From: Chiloscyllium plagiosum
Lineage: Eukaryota
Length of the DNA stretch: 64,000 nucleotides
Assembly: GCF_004010195.1 (NCBI RefSeq)
Contig: NC_057719.1
Span: forward strand, 19,539,562-19,603,561
Direction: 5' to 3'
Below, piece by piece: positions 1-13,499 of this stretch. Within the stretch, counting starts at the first letter, position 1; each line of letters begins with the position of its first letter. The position numbers and the translations under genes were made by a program. A model generated the notes under the pieces. The model worked only from the letters and a program-made list of their open reading frames with translations. It was not told where the DNA came from and ran no database searches.

Positions 1-299
1 ATCTCAAATCTATTGTGAACCAGCATGCATTCAACAATCTCACTTTAACTTTGTTTTCCAGAATAATAATTTAGTTATAAATCAGAAACAATTCACTCCA
101 AGAAAGATGAGCTGAGCGGAGATAATATTGTATCTCTCTGGAAGTGAAGGCAAATTTACACACTGGAGCTGATTAGGAATTTGGAATATTTCAGTTGAAA
201 ATCATTTATGGTATATTAATGGACTAGCTGTTTATGATTATAGCTTTGAAAATATTCTTTATTTTTTTCTAAATAATTAACTACGTTAATTCCAGTATT

Positions 300-770
300 G
301 TTAGTACCTCCCACTGTCAGCATCCCTGGGTATTACTATTGAATGGAAACTGAATCGCACTAGCCATACAAATATTCTGACTACAAGATCAGGTCAGAGG
401 CTGGAAATCCTGCAGCACTCAAGAGTTTTGACAAGGCAGTACAAGGCAGCCCACTCGATTGACACCACAACCACAAAGTGTTTCACCCTCCACTAATGAT
501 GTTCAGTAGCAGCAGTGTATGTCATCTTCATTATGCACTGAATAAACTCACCAAGGTTCCTTCCAAACATGTGGACACTATAATCTAAAAGGCAGCACCA
601 AGATCCCCCTCAAGCTACTCACCATCCGGACTTGAACATAAGTCACTGTTCCCTCAGTGCCTCTTTGTTAAAATCCTGAAATTCATTCCTGATGATATTT
701 TTTATCCCTCCACAAGTTGGACTGTGGCAATTCAAGAAGTTAGTTGACCATTACCTTGTCAAAATCATAA
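300..770 (+). mobile_element. Decayed 3' fragment of a CR1/L2-group LINE (family 2)
   Basis: Resembles the reverse complement of the 3' part of the LINE at 36110-36700 (aaatcctgaaattcattcct; caattcaagaag...accattacctt). Confidence 0.55.
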
Positions 771-2139
771 TAGATTTTCAATAAATTCTGGTCCAACCAA
801 CAACACTCCTGTCAGGGAGAGATGTCACAGAGGAGTCTTGAGTTTTGTGTTCTAAGATGAAATTTACGGTCCCTTCTCTAAATATTTCTACACTAACTTT
901 TTTTTTAATGAGACAACATCTATTCAAATTCCATGAATAAGATTGAAACTCAATCACTTTCACAGCTCAAAAAGCTTGAATTCCTAATGTTTTACAAAAG
1001 AAATTCTCATTCCCCCCTTTACCTTATCATTCGTCTCTGTACTTCCTCCTTGGTCCTTTTCATTCAAATTCATTTGAGCTGTCTCCATCGTTATTATTTA
1101 GGTTTGCTTATTTAGATTGTGATGCTGTCATTGTCTATTTTCTTAAAGTCAAACTGGTGTCCTTTCGAGGTTATTTGTTTTGACCAGTTGTTGTTCAGTC
1201 CCCTTGCTGTCAGGATGGGGACTTTTCTCCACCATTTGGAGCCCTTCATTTAAGGGAATTCAGCCAAGTTTCCTAACGTTAAGTGTAGATTGCATTTCTT
1301 AATTTCTCAATACTCAATTACCTGAAGAGTCTTTATTATTGTGGGATCATATGTTTCTTCTAATTCTTGCTGAACTACAAACTTTGGGCTGTCTGTTCTC
1401 AGACATCTTATCAGACTGTCTATTACAAACATCTGCAGCTGTGGGTTTGTACAGAGTTCCCTATTTATTAACTTGTAAGATCCTTTGTTCAAAATAGACC
1501 CTGTTACCTTGGATTTATCTCCTTTTCAAAGCCAACATTGTGCTAACTTATGATCTCACTCTAATACTGATCCAAGTGAGCTAATCCTGTTATCGCAACT
1601 AAAGATCTCTGCCATATTTATGCCAATGGGCAACCATATCATACCACCTCTGACCTTGGGCTACCCCAATTTCCAGCATCTCACAAATGAATGAAATAAA
1701 ATTAGAGTCTTCATTTTCTATATTATTAGAATAATTGTAACTCAAAAGTGTTTCATCAGCTGTACAATTTGAGATTTCCTGAAATTGTGGAAGGAGCTAT
1801 AAATATGCAAAGCTATTCTTTTCTTCTGATGTACATTTTCTGTCTTTTTTTTATGCCGTAGCAGTTCTTTGTTATTTATTGATGAATTCTACAGTAGACC
1901 ACAGGAAGTTATGTTCAGGAAGTTACAATCACATGAGGGCCTCTATCGCCACCACAACACACCTGAGTTGATATCCATCTATGTACACCATCTCCACTTA
2001 TTGTGTCATTCTCTCCCAACATATGGAGTCTGAAAGTCAGGTTCAGGCTGAAAGATTCAATTGTGTGCTGCCAACAAGTAGCACCTGATTATTTTCTCAA
2101 TTACAACCCTGGCCAAGGTGACAAGAGGTTGCTACTCGG

Positions 2140-2694
2140 AATGAGGGAATGGAAATATCTGTGGATGTTGTGAATACGGACTTCTAGACTCTGGTTTGAG
2201 ACCTCAGCTATTGACTGTACTTATTGATGACTTAGGGTTGATGACTTAGGGATAGAGAGGCATTTCCAAGCTAGTTGTTAGTATGACATGGGGCACTGAA
2301 AGCAATGTCAGTGGAAGTGTAAAATTACAAAAAGATTTTGGTAGATTAAGTGAACGGGGTGACATAGTGACAAATGGATTGCAATATAAGTAACTTTAAG
2401 ATTATTCAGTTTGCATCTCAAATGGTGAAATTCTGAAATTAGTGGAATAGCAGAGACTAAAAATGTGAGGTGATGCATTTTAGGAGGTCTAAGAAGGCAA
2501 GGGAATACATGTTGAATCATAGGACACAAAATGTACAGAGGACCAGGGACAACTTTGTGTGCATGCCCTTGAAAGTAGCAGGACAGGTAAATAAGCTGGT
2601 TAAGAAGGCATGTGGGATACCTGTCTTTGTTAGTCAAGGCATTGAATGCAAGAGCAAGGAGATTATGATGAAGATGTATATAACAATAGTTAGG
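2140..2694 (+). mobile_element. CR1 LINE RT fragment, continuing at 4043-4320 and 5041-5290 after nested insertions
   Basis: Translates to LKVAGQVNKLVKKACG..SQGIECKSKEIMMKMYITIVR and resumes as RPLLE..VFSWMPHYRKNVIALEKM after the PLE. Confidence 0.8.
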
Positions 2695-4042
2695 ATCAGA
2701 GTGGTGCTTTAAAAGCACAGCAGGTCAGGCAGCATCCGAGGAGCAGGAAAATCGATGTTTCGGGCAAACGCCCTTCATCAGGAATGGAGACAGGGAGCCT
2801 CCAGGGTGGAGAGATAAATGGAGGTTGGAGGGGTGGTGGGACTGAGGCCTGGGGAGAAGCTAGCAAAGAGCACAATAGGTGAATGGGGGTGGGGATGGAG
2901 ATGATAGGTCAGACTGGTGAAGTCCACATTGATGCCCTGGGGTTAAAGTGTTCCGAGGCAGAAGATGAGGCGTTCTTCTCAGACTTCAGGTGGTGAGGGA
3001 GTGGCGGTGGAGGCCCAGAACCTGCATGTCCTCAGCAGAGTGGGAGAGGGAGTTGAAATTTTGGGCCACAGGGCGGTGTGGTTGATTGGTGCGGGTATCC
3101 CGGAGATGTTCCCTGAAGCGCTCTGCGAGGAGGCGTCCAGTCTCCATAATGTAGAGGAGTCTGCATCTGGAGCAACGGATACAATAAATGACATTGGTGA
3201 ATGTGCAGGTGAAACTTTGATGGATGTGGAAGGCTCCTTTGGGGCCTTGTATGGAGGTGAGGGAGGAGGTGTGGGCGCAGGGTTTGCGATTCCTGCAGTG
3301 GCAGGGGAGGGTGGGTTGTTGGGGGACATGGATCTGACCAGGTAGTCATGGAGGGAACAGTCTTTGTGGAAAGCGAAAAGGGGTGGGGAGGGAAATATAT
3401 CCCTGGTGGTGGGGTCTGTTTGGAGGTGGCGGAAATGTTAGCGGATGATGCGGTTAATGCGAAGGTTGGTAGGGTGGAAAGTGAGGACCGGGAGGGTTCT
3501 GTCCTTGTTACAGCTGGAGAGGTGGGGTTTGATAGCAGAGGTGCAGGATCTGGATGAGATGTGTTGGAGTGCATCTTCAATTACATAAGAAGGGAAATTG
3601 CGATCTCTAAAGAAGGAGGCCATTTCGTGTGTTCTGTGGTGGAATTGGTCCTCTTCGGAGGAGATACGGTGGAGGCAGAGGAATTGAGAGTATGGGATGG
3701 CATTTTTGCAGGAGTTTAGGATGGGAAGAGGTGTAATCCAGGAACTGTGGGAGTCTGTGGGTTTGTAAAAGATGTCAGTGTCAAGTCGGTTGTCATTAAT
3801 GGAGATGGAGAGGTTCAGGAAGGGGAGGGAGGTGTCAGAGATGGTCCAGGTGAATTTAAAGTCATGGTGGAATGTGTTGGTGAAGTTGATGAACTGCTCA
3901 ACCTCCTCGCGGGAGCACGAGGTGGCGCCGATGCAGTCATCAATGTAACGGAGGAAGAGGTGGGGAGTGGTGCCGGTGTAACTACAGAATATGGACTGTT
4001 CTACATAGCCAACAAAGAGACAGGCATAGCTGGGGCCCATAC
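2695..4042 (-). mobile_element. 5'-truncated Penelope-like element (RT C-terminus, GIY-YIG endonuclease, pLTR)
   Basis: ORF 3438-4040 has MGPSYACLF, RYIDD and FYKPTDSH. A GIY-YIG-like segment (YCIRCSRC.LLYI.ETGR.L.ERFREH) lies at ~3050-3260 and the pLTR at 2695-2790. Possible 6-bp TSD gttagg (2689-2694, 4043-4048). Confidence 0.92.
2754..2781 (-). ncRNA. Minimal type I hammerhead ribozyme core in PLE pLTR (type A)
   Basis: Minus strand reads CUGAUGA-A-GGGC-GUUU-GCCC-GAAA-CA-UC. Core and stem II are intact; stem I is short. Confidence 0.7.
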
Positions 4043-4389
4043 GTTAGGCCACTTCTGGAGTCTTGTGTTCAGTTGGATGCCACACTATAGGAAGAATGTG
4101 ATTGCATTAGAGAAGATGTAGAAGAGATCCACCAGGATGTTGTGTGGGCTAAAGCAATTCACCCATGGGGAGAGACTAGGTGGGCTGAGGTTGTTTTCTT
4201 TAGATCAGAGCAGGCAGAGGGAGGATCAAATTGAAGTGTATAAGATTCAGAGGGACACTGACAGAGTAGATAGGGTGAAACTTTGCCCTGTACTAAAGGG
4301 GTCAAGAATCAGGGCGCATAACCAGGTAGAAACAGCTTCGTTCTGTATGGCAGTTTCACGGGTTGGCGTACGCTGTGCTTTCTTGCAAT

Positions 4390-5040
4390 TATGTTCATAG
4401 ATCTTTGAAAGTTGCCACTCAGGTGGATACAGCTTGTAAGAAGGCCTATGGTGTATTAGCGTTCATTAGCAGAGGGATTGAATTCAAGAGTCGTGAGGTG
4501 ACGTTGCAGCTGTATAGGACCTTGGTAAGGCCACATTTGGAGTACTGTGTGCAGTTCTAGTCGCCTCATTTTAGGAAAGATGTGGAAGCTTTGGAGAGGG
4601 TGCAGAGGAGATTTACCAGGATGTTGCCTGGAATGGAGAATAGGTCATACGAGGATAGGTTGAAAATGCTAGGCCTTTTCTCATTGGAACGGTGAAGGAT
4701 GAGGGGTGACATGATAGAGGTTTATAAGATGATCAGGGGAATAGATAGAGTAGACAGTCAGAGACTTTTTCCCCAGGTACAACAGAATGTTACAAGGGGA
4801 CATAAATTTAAGGTGAAATGTGGAAGGTATAGGGGGGATGTCAGGGGTAGGTTCTTTATCCAGTGAGTGGTGGGAGCATGGAATGCGCTGCCTATGGGAG
4901 TGGCAGAGTCAGAATCATTGGTGACCTTTAAGCGGCAATTGGATAGGTACATGGATAGATGCTTAGGTTAGGACAAATGTTCGGCACAACATCGTGGGCT
5001 GAAGGGCCTGTTCTGTGCTGTATTGTTCTATGTTCTATGT
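4390..5040 (+). mobile_element. CR1 (HER1-like) LINE 3' end
   Basis: LYRTLVRPHLEYCVQF RT tail, 3' UTR gggctgaagggcctgttctgtgctgta and (ttctatg)n tail. Confidence 0.9.
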
Positions 5041-5393
5041 TAGGTTCAGAGGGTACTTGTGGGAAAAAGGAATGCCCCAAAGGGTTGGGGTACATAATTC
5101 ACTCACCAAAGGGGTAGTAGAGGTGTAAACTCTCAAAACATTTCAGAACTATTTTGACAAGCATTTGAAATGCCACAGTATACAAGGCTCTGGGGTCAAA
5201 CATTGGAAAAAGAATTCGAAGAATGTTTGATGGCCATCATGGACACAATGGGCCAAATAGCCTCTTTCAGGATTGTAAAAGTTCTATGATTTGTTAAATA
5301 GATTGTTAAAATGTCATGAATAAGTATAGAACATAATCAAATATGTTCATGGAAATCTGACCTTTATATAAAGACGACTAAAACATCACAGGA

Positions 5394-5797
5394 TATTGGG
5401 GAGACTGGGCGCCTCCTAGCAGAGCGCTTTAGGGAACATCTCCGGGACACCCGCACCAATCAACTACACCGCCCTGTGGCCCAACATTTCAACTCCCCCT
5501 CCCACTCTGCCAAGGACATGGAGATCCTGGGCCTCCTTCACCGCCGCTCCCTCAGCACCAGGCGCCTGGAGGAAGAACGCCTCATCTTCCGCCTCGGAAC
5601 ACTTCAACCCCAGGTCACCAATGTGGACTTCAACAGTTTCCTCATTTCCCCTTCCCCCACCTCACCCTAGTTCCAAAATTCCAGCTCAGCACTGTCCCNN
5701 NNNNNNNNNNNNNNNNNNNNNNNNNNNNNNNNNNNNNNNNNNNNNNNNNNNNNNNNNNNNNNNTGGTTTCCAGCATCTGCAGTCATTGTTTTTACCT
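5394..5797 (+). mobile_element. Penelope-like element 3' fragment (GIY-YIG plus pLTR tail) spanning a gap
   Basis: IGETGRLLAERFREHLRD..VAQHFNSPSHS..EERLIFRLGTLQP; ends ccagcatctgcagtcattgtttttacct. Confidence 0.9.
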
Positions 5798-6280
5798 AGA
5801 AGTTATGCTTCAGTTGAATAAAACCCTAGCAGTGCATTAGCTGGAATACCGTGAGAATGTCTGGACACTAGATGTTAGGAAGAACAGTATATGACGGTAG
5901 AGAAAGCAGCATAGCTTCTTCAGAATGATACCTACGTAAATACCTAAATTAGAGTTAATTTTTGAGGAAAGAATACATAAATTAGAGCAGTGTTACCTGG
6001 AATTTGGAAGGTTTAGAGGTCACCTGTCTTAGAATGAGGGACCCGATCATTTACACCTGAGATATTGAGAAATGTATTCACTCAAACAGTATACGTTGAA
6101 TTTTCTACACCAGAAGGCTGTGGTTATGAATATATTTTAGATTGGCATAAATAGATTTTTGATCTCTCAGGAGATCATGACATATGGATAAAAGGCAGGA
6201 AAATAGATTTAAAGCTGAAAGTCAACCATGATCATATTGAAGCTCAAGATGTTGTATGGTCCATTATGTTCCTACGCTCC

Positions 6281-6561
6281 AGGGTGGCACGGTGGATCAC
6301 AGGTTTGATTCCTCGGGGCAACTATCTGTGTGGAGTTTGAACATTCTCCCTGTGTCTGCGTGAGTTTCCCCGGGTACTCTGATTTCCTCCCACAGTTAGG
6401 TGGATTGACTATGCTAAATTGCCCATAGAGTCTAGAGATGTACAGGCTAGGTGGGTTAAGCCATGGGAAAATGCAGGGTTATGGGAATAGGGTGGGTCTG
6501 GATGGGATGCTGTTTTGGGTGGTGTGGGCTGAATGGCCTGCTTTTACACTGTAGGGATTCT
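6281..6561 (+). mobile_element. HE1-like SINE (internally deleted)
   Basis: gggtggcacggtgg head, tgtggagtttgaacattctccc core, CR1-like tail. Confidence 0.8.
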
Positions 6562-8199
6562 TACGTTATTAACTCTTATATTTGCAAAAATGTAGCAAGT
6601 GCTTGCTCAGTTATTAAGTTTGAATCTTTGACTGATAAGCTTTTATTCCTGAATCATATGTTTTAAAGCCAGCTGTATGGTGAAGCATCACAAATCAGCC
6701 ATAATCACATTGACTGATTCAAAGTCCAAAATAGTGTATTCTTAATCCCATGTTGCTAAGTACTTTAAAGTTTAAATGTTAAATTCTGAGAAGGAAAAGC
6801 TCTGGACTACCTCCCTGATGCTCCAGAGGAAGGTCTGTGAAAACTATGGAATTGGTCAATATCGTACAGGTGTATTCCATGATCAGACAGCAAGAAGTGA
6901 AAATGGAAAAATTGGGGCTGCAGTATTTGAGCGTGTCTCCAAACTCAAGAACTATGCTAGCGTGGTTTGCTAGCATTTTCCAACAGACAGAATAAATAGA
7001 GGAAAGAGGACCTTTTTTTGAAAATATTTTGGAGAAAACTCAGATTTGCAATTTGCTTGCATTCGGTTTTTGTGGAGATAAAATATCGGTTTCACCGACT
7101 AATTTTTTGGTGGGTGGATTTTGTTATTGCGTATTCTGTTTCCCCTCTGGACAATAGCCAGTAAATGCAAAAGAGTTCATCAGTAAGTTACTGCAGTCTG
7201 CTGCTCATCGCTTGAGGAGGACGGGACTTCAGAATACCAGGGAAGTAACCTCTTTCCCCAAGGTCAAACATACTGTGCATCACTGAGCTGCGACCATTAA
7301 TTAAGCAGCCCTGAAAACTAACTCCACAGTCCACAGAACAGCAAAGCCAGCATGGCTTTCAGAACCTGGGCTTTTAATGGACCATTAAACTTCACCTTCG
7401 CCAACAAAACACTTAGCCTCCTTAAACTAAGATGACCTATTACCACAGATTAATTCTCTTCAGGTTATAACTCCGGTAACTTCTGAGATATTTTAACAGG
7501 CTGCACTCAAGGTTTGATTTGATATAATGCTGCAGTAAGTGCATATAAATGGTCCTTGATATTAAGAGGGAATTGTTTTCATCTAAATGGATAAAACCCC
7601 ATTCATTAGGGATAAGGGTAACATTTTCAAATAGATGGTATTTTTGGAGCGTTTTGACAGATTGATTACAGCATATTTGATTTACCTTAATGCAAAATGA
7701 ATACATAAAAATCAGAGTAAATCAAGTACACATTTCACCTAAGTGGAACATTCGATTTAATTCATTTAAAAATGTTGCCATCAAAGCCTTGCATTAGTAA
7801 CTCACTTTGTGTTAAATAAATAAACACATTTCTCTTGCAGCATTACAAAAATCTTATGATATTTGTCTTTCACCAAGATATGAATTGTTTATTCCTGCTT
7901 GTATTTTTTTCCTCTTGGAAAATGAATGGGGAAAAAAAAATCAAATGCCAATCTGGCTATAAATGTTGGAGAGAAAACCTGCTGTGCCCTTGGGAGTAAC
8001 AAGGAGTGAGGCTGAAGATCCATTTGGAATACACCATAAATGAGGGGCTCTCTTAATGTTTTAGAATTATATGTGGATGGGCAAAGTTCAAAATGCAGAA
8101 TGTGAACAAGGTTAAGGAACAGGGGAGATCACGGACACTGAGAAAGGGCTAGGAGGATGCTATAGAAATGTCAACTTTGGCTATCATATCTATAATGAG

Positions 8200-8278
8200 T
8201 GGAAAAATGTGTTGCTGGAAAAGCGCAGCAGGTCAGGCAGCATCCAAGGAGCAGGAGAATCGACGTTTCGGGCATAAT
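8200..8278 (-). mobile_element. Isolated PLE pLTR fragment
   Basis: gttgctggaaaagcgcagcaggtcaggcagcatccaaggagcaggagaatcgacgtttcgggcata; truncated inside the hammerhead stem II. Confidence 0.8.
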
Positions 8279-8912
8279 TTTAGTTGAAAGTTTGAATTTG
8301 TTCAGGTGATGCTGTGCTGGGTGAAATGTCACCATGTGACAGTGCCTCCCATTAAAAGGTGAAGCTTCTGCCTCTATTTGTCAGTCTCTGATGATCAATT
8401 CTGCATCATTGTTTGTTTTATTTATCATTTTATCGACTCCTGGAACACTTTCTTTTGGCCGCTGGAGGGCTGATGCCAATTCTTGTGGACTCCCAGCCAT
8501 TCCAGCAGAGTTGGCAGAACAAGTATGGAATGAATTAACAGAAGCCTTTACGGTCCATGCAATTATCATGGTCATTAAGACCTCCTTTTGATAGGTGCTG
8601 TACTGTTTTCTGATCTGGGATTCAGATGAGTTGTAGTACTCTCAGCAAATCTTGATAGGGAAAGTGCAGGGTTCCATCATCTAATAATCAGTTAGGGGAG
8701 GTAATGTCCTCTTGGTATTATTTCTGGACTATTACTCCAGAGACCCTGGAATGTTTTGGGGACCTGGATTTAAATCCTGCCACGGCAGATGATGAATTTT
8801 GAATTCAATGAAAATTTGGAGCCAAAAGTCTAATGATGATCATGAATCCATTACAAATTGTCAGACAAACTGGTTCACCAATGCTTTGAGGAAAGGAAAC
8901 TGCCATCCGTAT

Positions 8913-9395
8913 CATCTCGGAGACACCCACACCAACCAACCCCACCACCCCCTGGTGAACACTTCAACTCACCTTCCCACTCCACCAAGGACATGCAGGT
9001 CCGGGGCTTCTTCCATTGCCACACCCTAACCACCCGACGCCTGGGGGAAAAACGCCTCTTCTTCCGCCTTGGGACCCTCCAAGCACACGGCATAAATTTG
9101 GATTTCACCAGTTTCCTCATTTCCCCTCCTTCCACCTTATCCCAGTGCCAACCTTCCAACTCGGCACTGCCCTCATGATCTGTCCTACCTGTCCACCTTC
9201 CTCCCAGACTTATCACCATTACCCCCACTTCCAACTAACTATTGTACTCTCAGCTACCTTCCCCCCCTCATTTATGTCTCCACCTCCTTGGCCCACAGGC
9301 CTTATTCCTGATGAAGGGCTCTTTCTCAAAACATTGATTCTCCTACCCCTCGGATGCTGCCTGACCTGCTGTGCTTTTCCTGCATCACACTCTCT
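8913..9395 (+). mobile_element. Penelope-like element 3' fragment
   Basis: EHFNSPSHSTKDMQV..KRLFFRLGTLQ plus pLTR, with a degenerate hammerhead at 9308-9335 (GAAA changed to AAAA). Inserted into a SINE-like repeat starting at ~8700. Confidence 0.88.
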
Positions 9396-11454
9396 AGCCC
9401 CATGTGAAAACCAAAGCTTCCTAGCTCAAGGAGTGAACTGCCCTCTGTGTTACTGATTCAGGGCATAGCCCAGTGGAAAGCAAATCACCTCCTGCCCCTT
9501 ATCCCTGCCCTCCCACTTCATGGACTGGGACCTGAACGTCCTTGATGGACAGGGCAGTGAAGAGAAAATCTTTCCTGTTTCCACAGGAAGCCATACCACC
9601 AGTCCAAATCAGTCTGGATCCAAACTGCAGCCTGGGCTGATGCTGTGTTTGAGGTGAAGTGGGAGGCAGTTCAATGATCGTTTGCCCTCTGCAAGGGTAA
9701 GCCCTCATACATGGGGTGAAGATGCAAGACAAAATATCACACAAGATTTCTGAAAAGAATAGTTGTTTGAAATTTATTTCCAAATAAAAAATTATTTAAT
9801 CACAGTGGAGAAATTTAATAACATTCCACAAATAAAACATTACTTTATTCGGGAATTAGGTCTGTGTTTCAGCAATGACTGTCACTCAGCTCACTATACA
9901 TTTTCTCACTGCTACCTCACATTCGCAGGCTACCACTCACTCTAACTCTGCACATCTCTCACCAAAGCTCATGGCCTGGAACTCCCACTACTGCATGTAT
10001 TACGTTCGCTCAACGACTGTCCTCCCAAACTACCAACCCTCCCTTCCCTCTGTGTTACAATAGAAGCTGGAAGTCTGTAACTGAGTATTACAAACCCAGT
10101 GCTCTAAGAAAGCAACATGAAGTGTACAGAAACAAACACAGGAAATGCTGGAGAATCCGACTGGATTCCTCTCTTATTAGAGAAAGATGACTGGTGATGG
10201 TTTAACCTGAGGGTCATCATGTCTCAGGTGAGGGGGAAGGATGAGAATGAGAGTCCTTTGTGGTAAACATAGGATAGTAATTTAGAATAGGATAGAAGCA
10301 TATTGTCACCTTTATTTTTTCAAAATATATAGTGAGAAGTTTTCAATTGCCATACTCTGTCACCTATATTAATAACAAATTGTATTTCCAAAAAAATTAA
10401 GACAAAGTTCATCTTTGTTCAATTCATGGCTCATGTGTTGCCAAGTTCAAGGAAAAGACAAGAACTACATTTTCCACCACTGAAGAAAGCCAATATTGAA
10501 GCCACTGAGTCTTAGAATCCTGGGCTGGAGTACCATACCACTGAGAATGCCATGAAATGCACCTGAAAGATCATAGCTAGTGTGGGAAATAAACCCATGC
10601 TGTTGGTATTACTCTGCATTGCAAACCAGCTGTCCTGCCAACTGAACTGACTGCCTCTTCCCTCTTTCTTCAGAAATAGACAGAGGCTGACACCTTCCAA
10701 GTGAGCAGGAGAATGGGTGAGCACTAAGAAAGCAAGCTCACAGCCATAAGATGGATTATGTCAATGCATGAGATGCATATATCTCCCTGCAACCTGGTAG
10801 AAGAACAAGCTCGGTGTCACTGTGCTCTATAGTAAAGTAAAATGGACTAAAGTGATGAAAGAGCTAGCCAAGAGCAAACATGAAGAGGTGGTGAGGCTGG
10901 TGGTTTGAAGGGTATACAGTCATGGAGGCCATGGACCGTATAGCGTTTTCTGAAGAAATAGTGGCTTGATATTCAGGATTAGACATAGGCAAGCTGCCAA
11001 GTGTCCACTCGTTCCCTCATTATGATAGCGACTACACTTCAAAAAATAAATCATTGTCTACAACAACTTTTTTGAAGCTCCAAAGTTAGGAAAAACCCTA
11101 TAGCCCAGATCTTGCAGTTGGCAGTGATGCAAATGTGATCACTACTGACCTTGAAGAAAGCTTCACTCGAAGATCCAGCAACATCTGTCTTGCCTTCAAT
11201 TCCATTACCATAAATTGGATGATGGCACTCTTCAATGGGGATTCCCAGTGTAGTGCTACAGTGATGTTGTCAAGCTGTCTGAATGACCAATCAGATGAAT
11301 GAATTCTCACAGACAACCAGGAAATAAAAAGCACTGAAATCAATTCACTTTAAAACAAAACTTAACTTATGTAAATTAAATGTTGGCACTTGTACACAAT
11401 GTGAAAGTATAAGATGAAATCACAATAGTGTGGAAGCAGGCTATTCACCTCATC

Positions 11455-11783
11455 ATAGAACATAGAACATAGAAGAATACAGCGCAGTACAGGCCCTTCG
11501 GCCCTTGATGTTGCGCCGATCCAAGCCCACCTAACCTACACTAGCCCACTATCCTCCATATGCCTATCCAATGCCCGCTTAAATGCCCATAATGAGGGAA
11601 AGTCCACCACTGCTACTGGCAGGGCAGTCCATGAACTCACGACTCGCTGAGTAAAGAAACTACCCCTAACATCTGTCCTATACCTACCTCCCTTTAATTT
11701 AAAGCTATGCCCCCTTGTAATAGCTGACTTCATACGTGGAAAAAGATTCTCACTGTCAACCCTATCTAAACCCCTAATCATCA
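11455..11783 (-). mobile_element. CR1 LINE 3' end
   Basis: (catagaa)n tail; ORF 11536-11790 has FFTQRVVSSW.ALP. Confidence 0.88.
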
Positions 11784-11784
11784 T

Positions 11785-12047
11785 GTCCACACTGACCCTC
11801 CAAAGAGCATACTGCCAAACACCTCTGCCCCCCAGCCTATCCCTGTAACCCTACATTCCCCATGACCAATCCACCTAACCTGCACATCTTTAGACTCTGG
11901 GAAGAAACTGGGGCATGCGGTAGAAACCCATGCAGACACAGGGAGAATGTGCAATCTCCTCACAGACAGTTGCCCAAGGCTGGAATTGAACCTAGGTACC
12001 TATTGCTGTGAGGCAGCAGCGCTAACCACTGAGCCACCAGGCCGCCC
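11785..12047 (-). mobile_element. HE1-like SINE
   Basis: Reverse complement has a gggcggcctggtggctcagtggttagc head (A box), ggttcaattcc (B box) and the HE1 core. Confidence 0.85.
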
Positions 12048-13499
12048 AGAAGTATTGCACAAGATTTTTGGAAAGAAAAGGTGTTGGAAATTTACATCTA
12101 AAAAAAAGCCATTAGATTATCATAAACTTGACATCACTCCACAAATAAGGTATTACTTTTTTGAGAAGTTTTGTCTGTGGTTCAGCAATAACTGCCACTT
12201 AGCTTACTATACTAAAATCCAGGTGAGTCAGAAGGTCATGGTTCAAGCCCTGCCCACTCCGCTTGTATGTCATTATTTTTCTGAAAGGGTTGATTGAAAA
12301 ATCTACAAACTCCCAGAGATGCCTCGTTGAATTATGGAACAATATTTGTAATGTGAGAGTGGAGAAGTGAAATCACATAAACTGACTTCATTGAAAGATG
12401 GATGTGGAGATGGGTTGGTGAAGAGATAGGTTCCACATTGCAGCCTGAGACAGTGCCGTGAGTAACAGACTATAACCTTTGGATCTTACTTGTGCCGAGT
12501 GAACTTCCCTGATATAGTCGGACCTGATGATTCTATTGGGTGCTTGTTTATAACATTGAGCATGCCATGAGACTATAATTTGATTCACAAACATGTCAGA
12601 TATCAACCCCATGGCATTGTTTATTCATTTTATGAATTCTTGTAAATTCATTGTTTATTCATTCAAAATTTATCATTTTCAAAGAAGCAGGTACAATGTC
12701 ATATGGGACTTGTGATATTTCTAGGATTAGGTCAGACATGTAGTTTTGTTCCCGTGTACTCATTTCAACCCCAAACATCAGTACCTTGACTGACAATGAG
12801 ACCAACCTCTTGCTCAGCTTCAAACAGAAGGATTGCTTGGGAATAAGAAAGCACTTACGTATAAACGCCAGCCATCAGTATTTGAAATTAGCAGTTAAGA
12901 TTCAGTATTATGAATGTGAATTCCAGAGTGGAACTTGACTGCCAGGAATACACAATGATAAAATCTGCCCTTTACTATTTTAAGAGTTTTATATTTTCTA
13001 TCCTTGTTTCCGCCAGCTAGTGCTGCCTTCCATTTTTCGACTTGAGGTCAGTCTTAGTTCCCTGAATCCTCAGAAAGAATTTATACTCGCCATAAGTTCC
13101 ATAGCATGGCCAGGATAATAAGCATGTAGCTGTACCTTTAGTTTCTTCAGATCCTGGATTATGCCTTTTTAGCATCTCGCCAACTTTGGAAGAATTTGAT
13201 CAAGCTAATGTGCCTTAGAAGTTGCAGACAAAATCACTTTTAATATTACATTATAGACAAGTTCTCTCCTCTTCGAAAATCCCAGGACACTCACTTGTTG
13301 AGGTCCAAATAGTGTACAAGTGATTAGATGTTAACTTCTTTGAAGTTGCCAAATAACTACACAGCATGTTCATGTTTGAAATATGTTCTTTGCCTTTCCA
13401 TTCAAGCAAACAGGATCATAATTGCAAAAATGCATTCAGACAAGCTGACTTTCAACCCCTTGCTGTCTGGCAGACTCATATATAAATGACCTGGAGGAA

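Noticed and set aside
8381..8680. Overlapping ORFs on both strands (MINSASLFVLF.. / MTMIIAWTVK..)
   Set aside because: No recognisable domain, in-frame stops nearby and no convincing splice-site pair.
12388..12970. GSYLCRVNF (Ig-like) peptide on + and minus-strand GTAAG donors at ~12489 and ~12858
   Set aside because: Lacks the D-x-G-x-Y-x-C context; all frames leading to the 12858 donor contain stops; no exon chain can be built.
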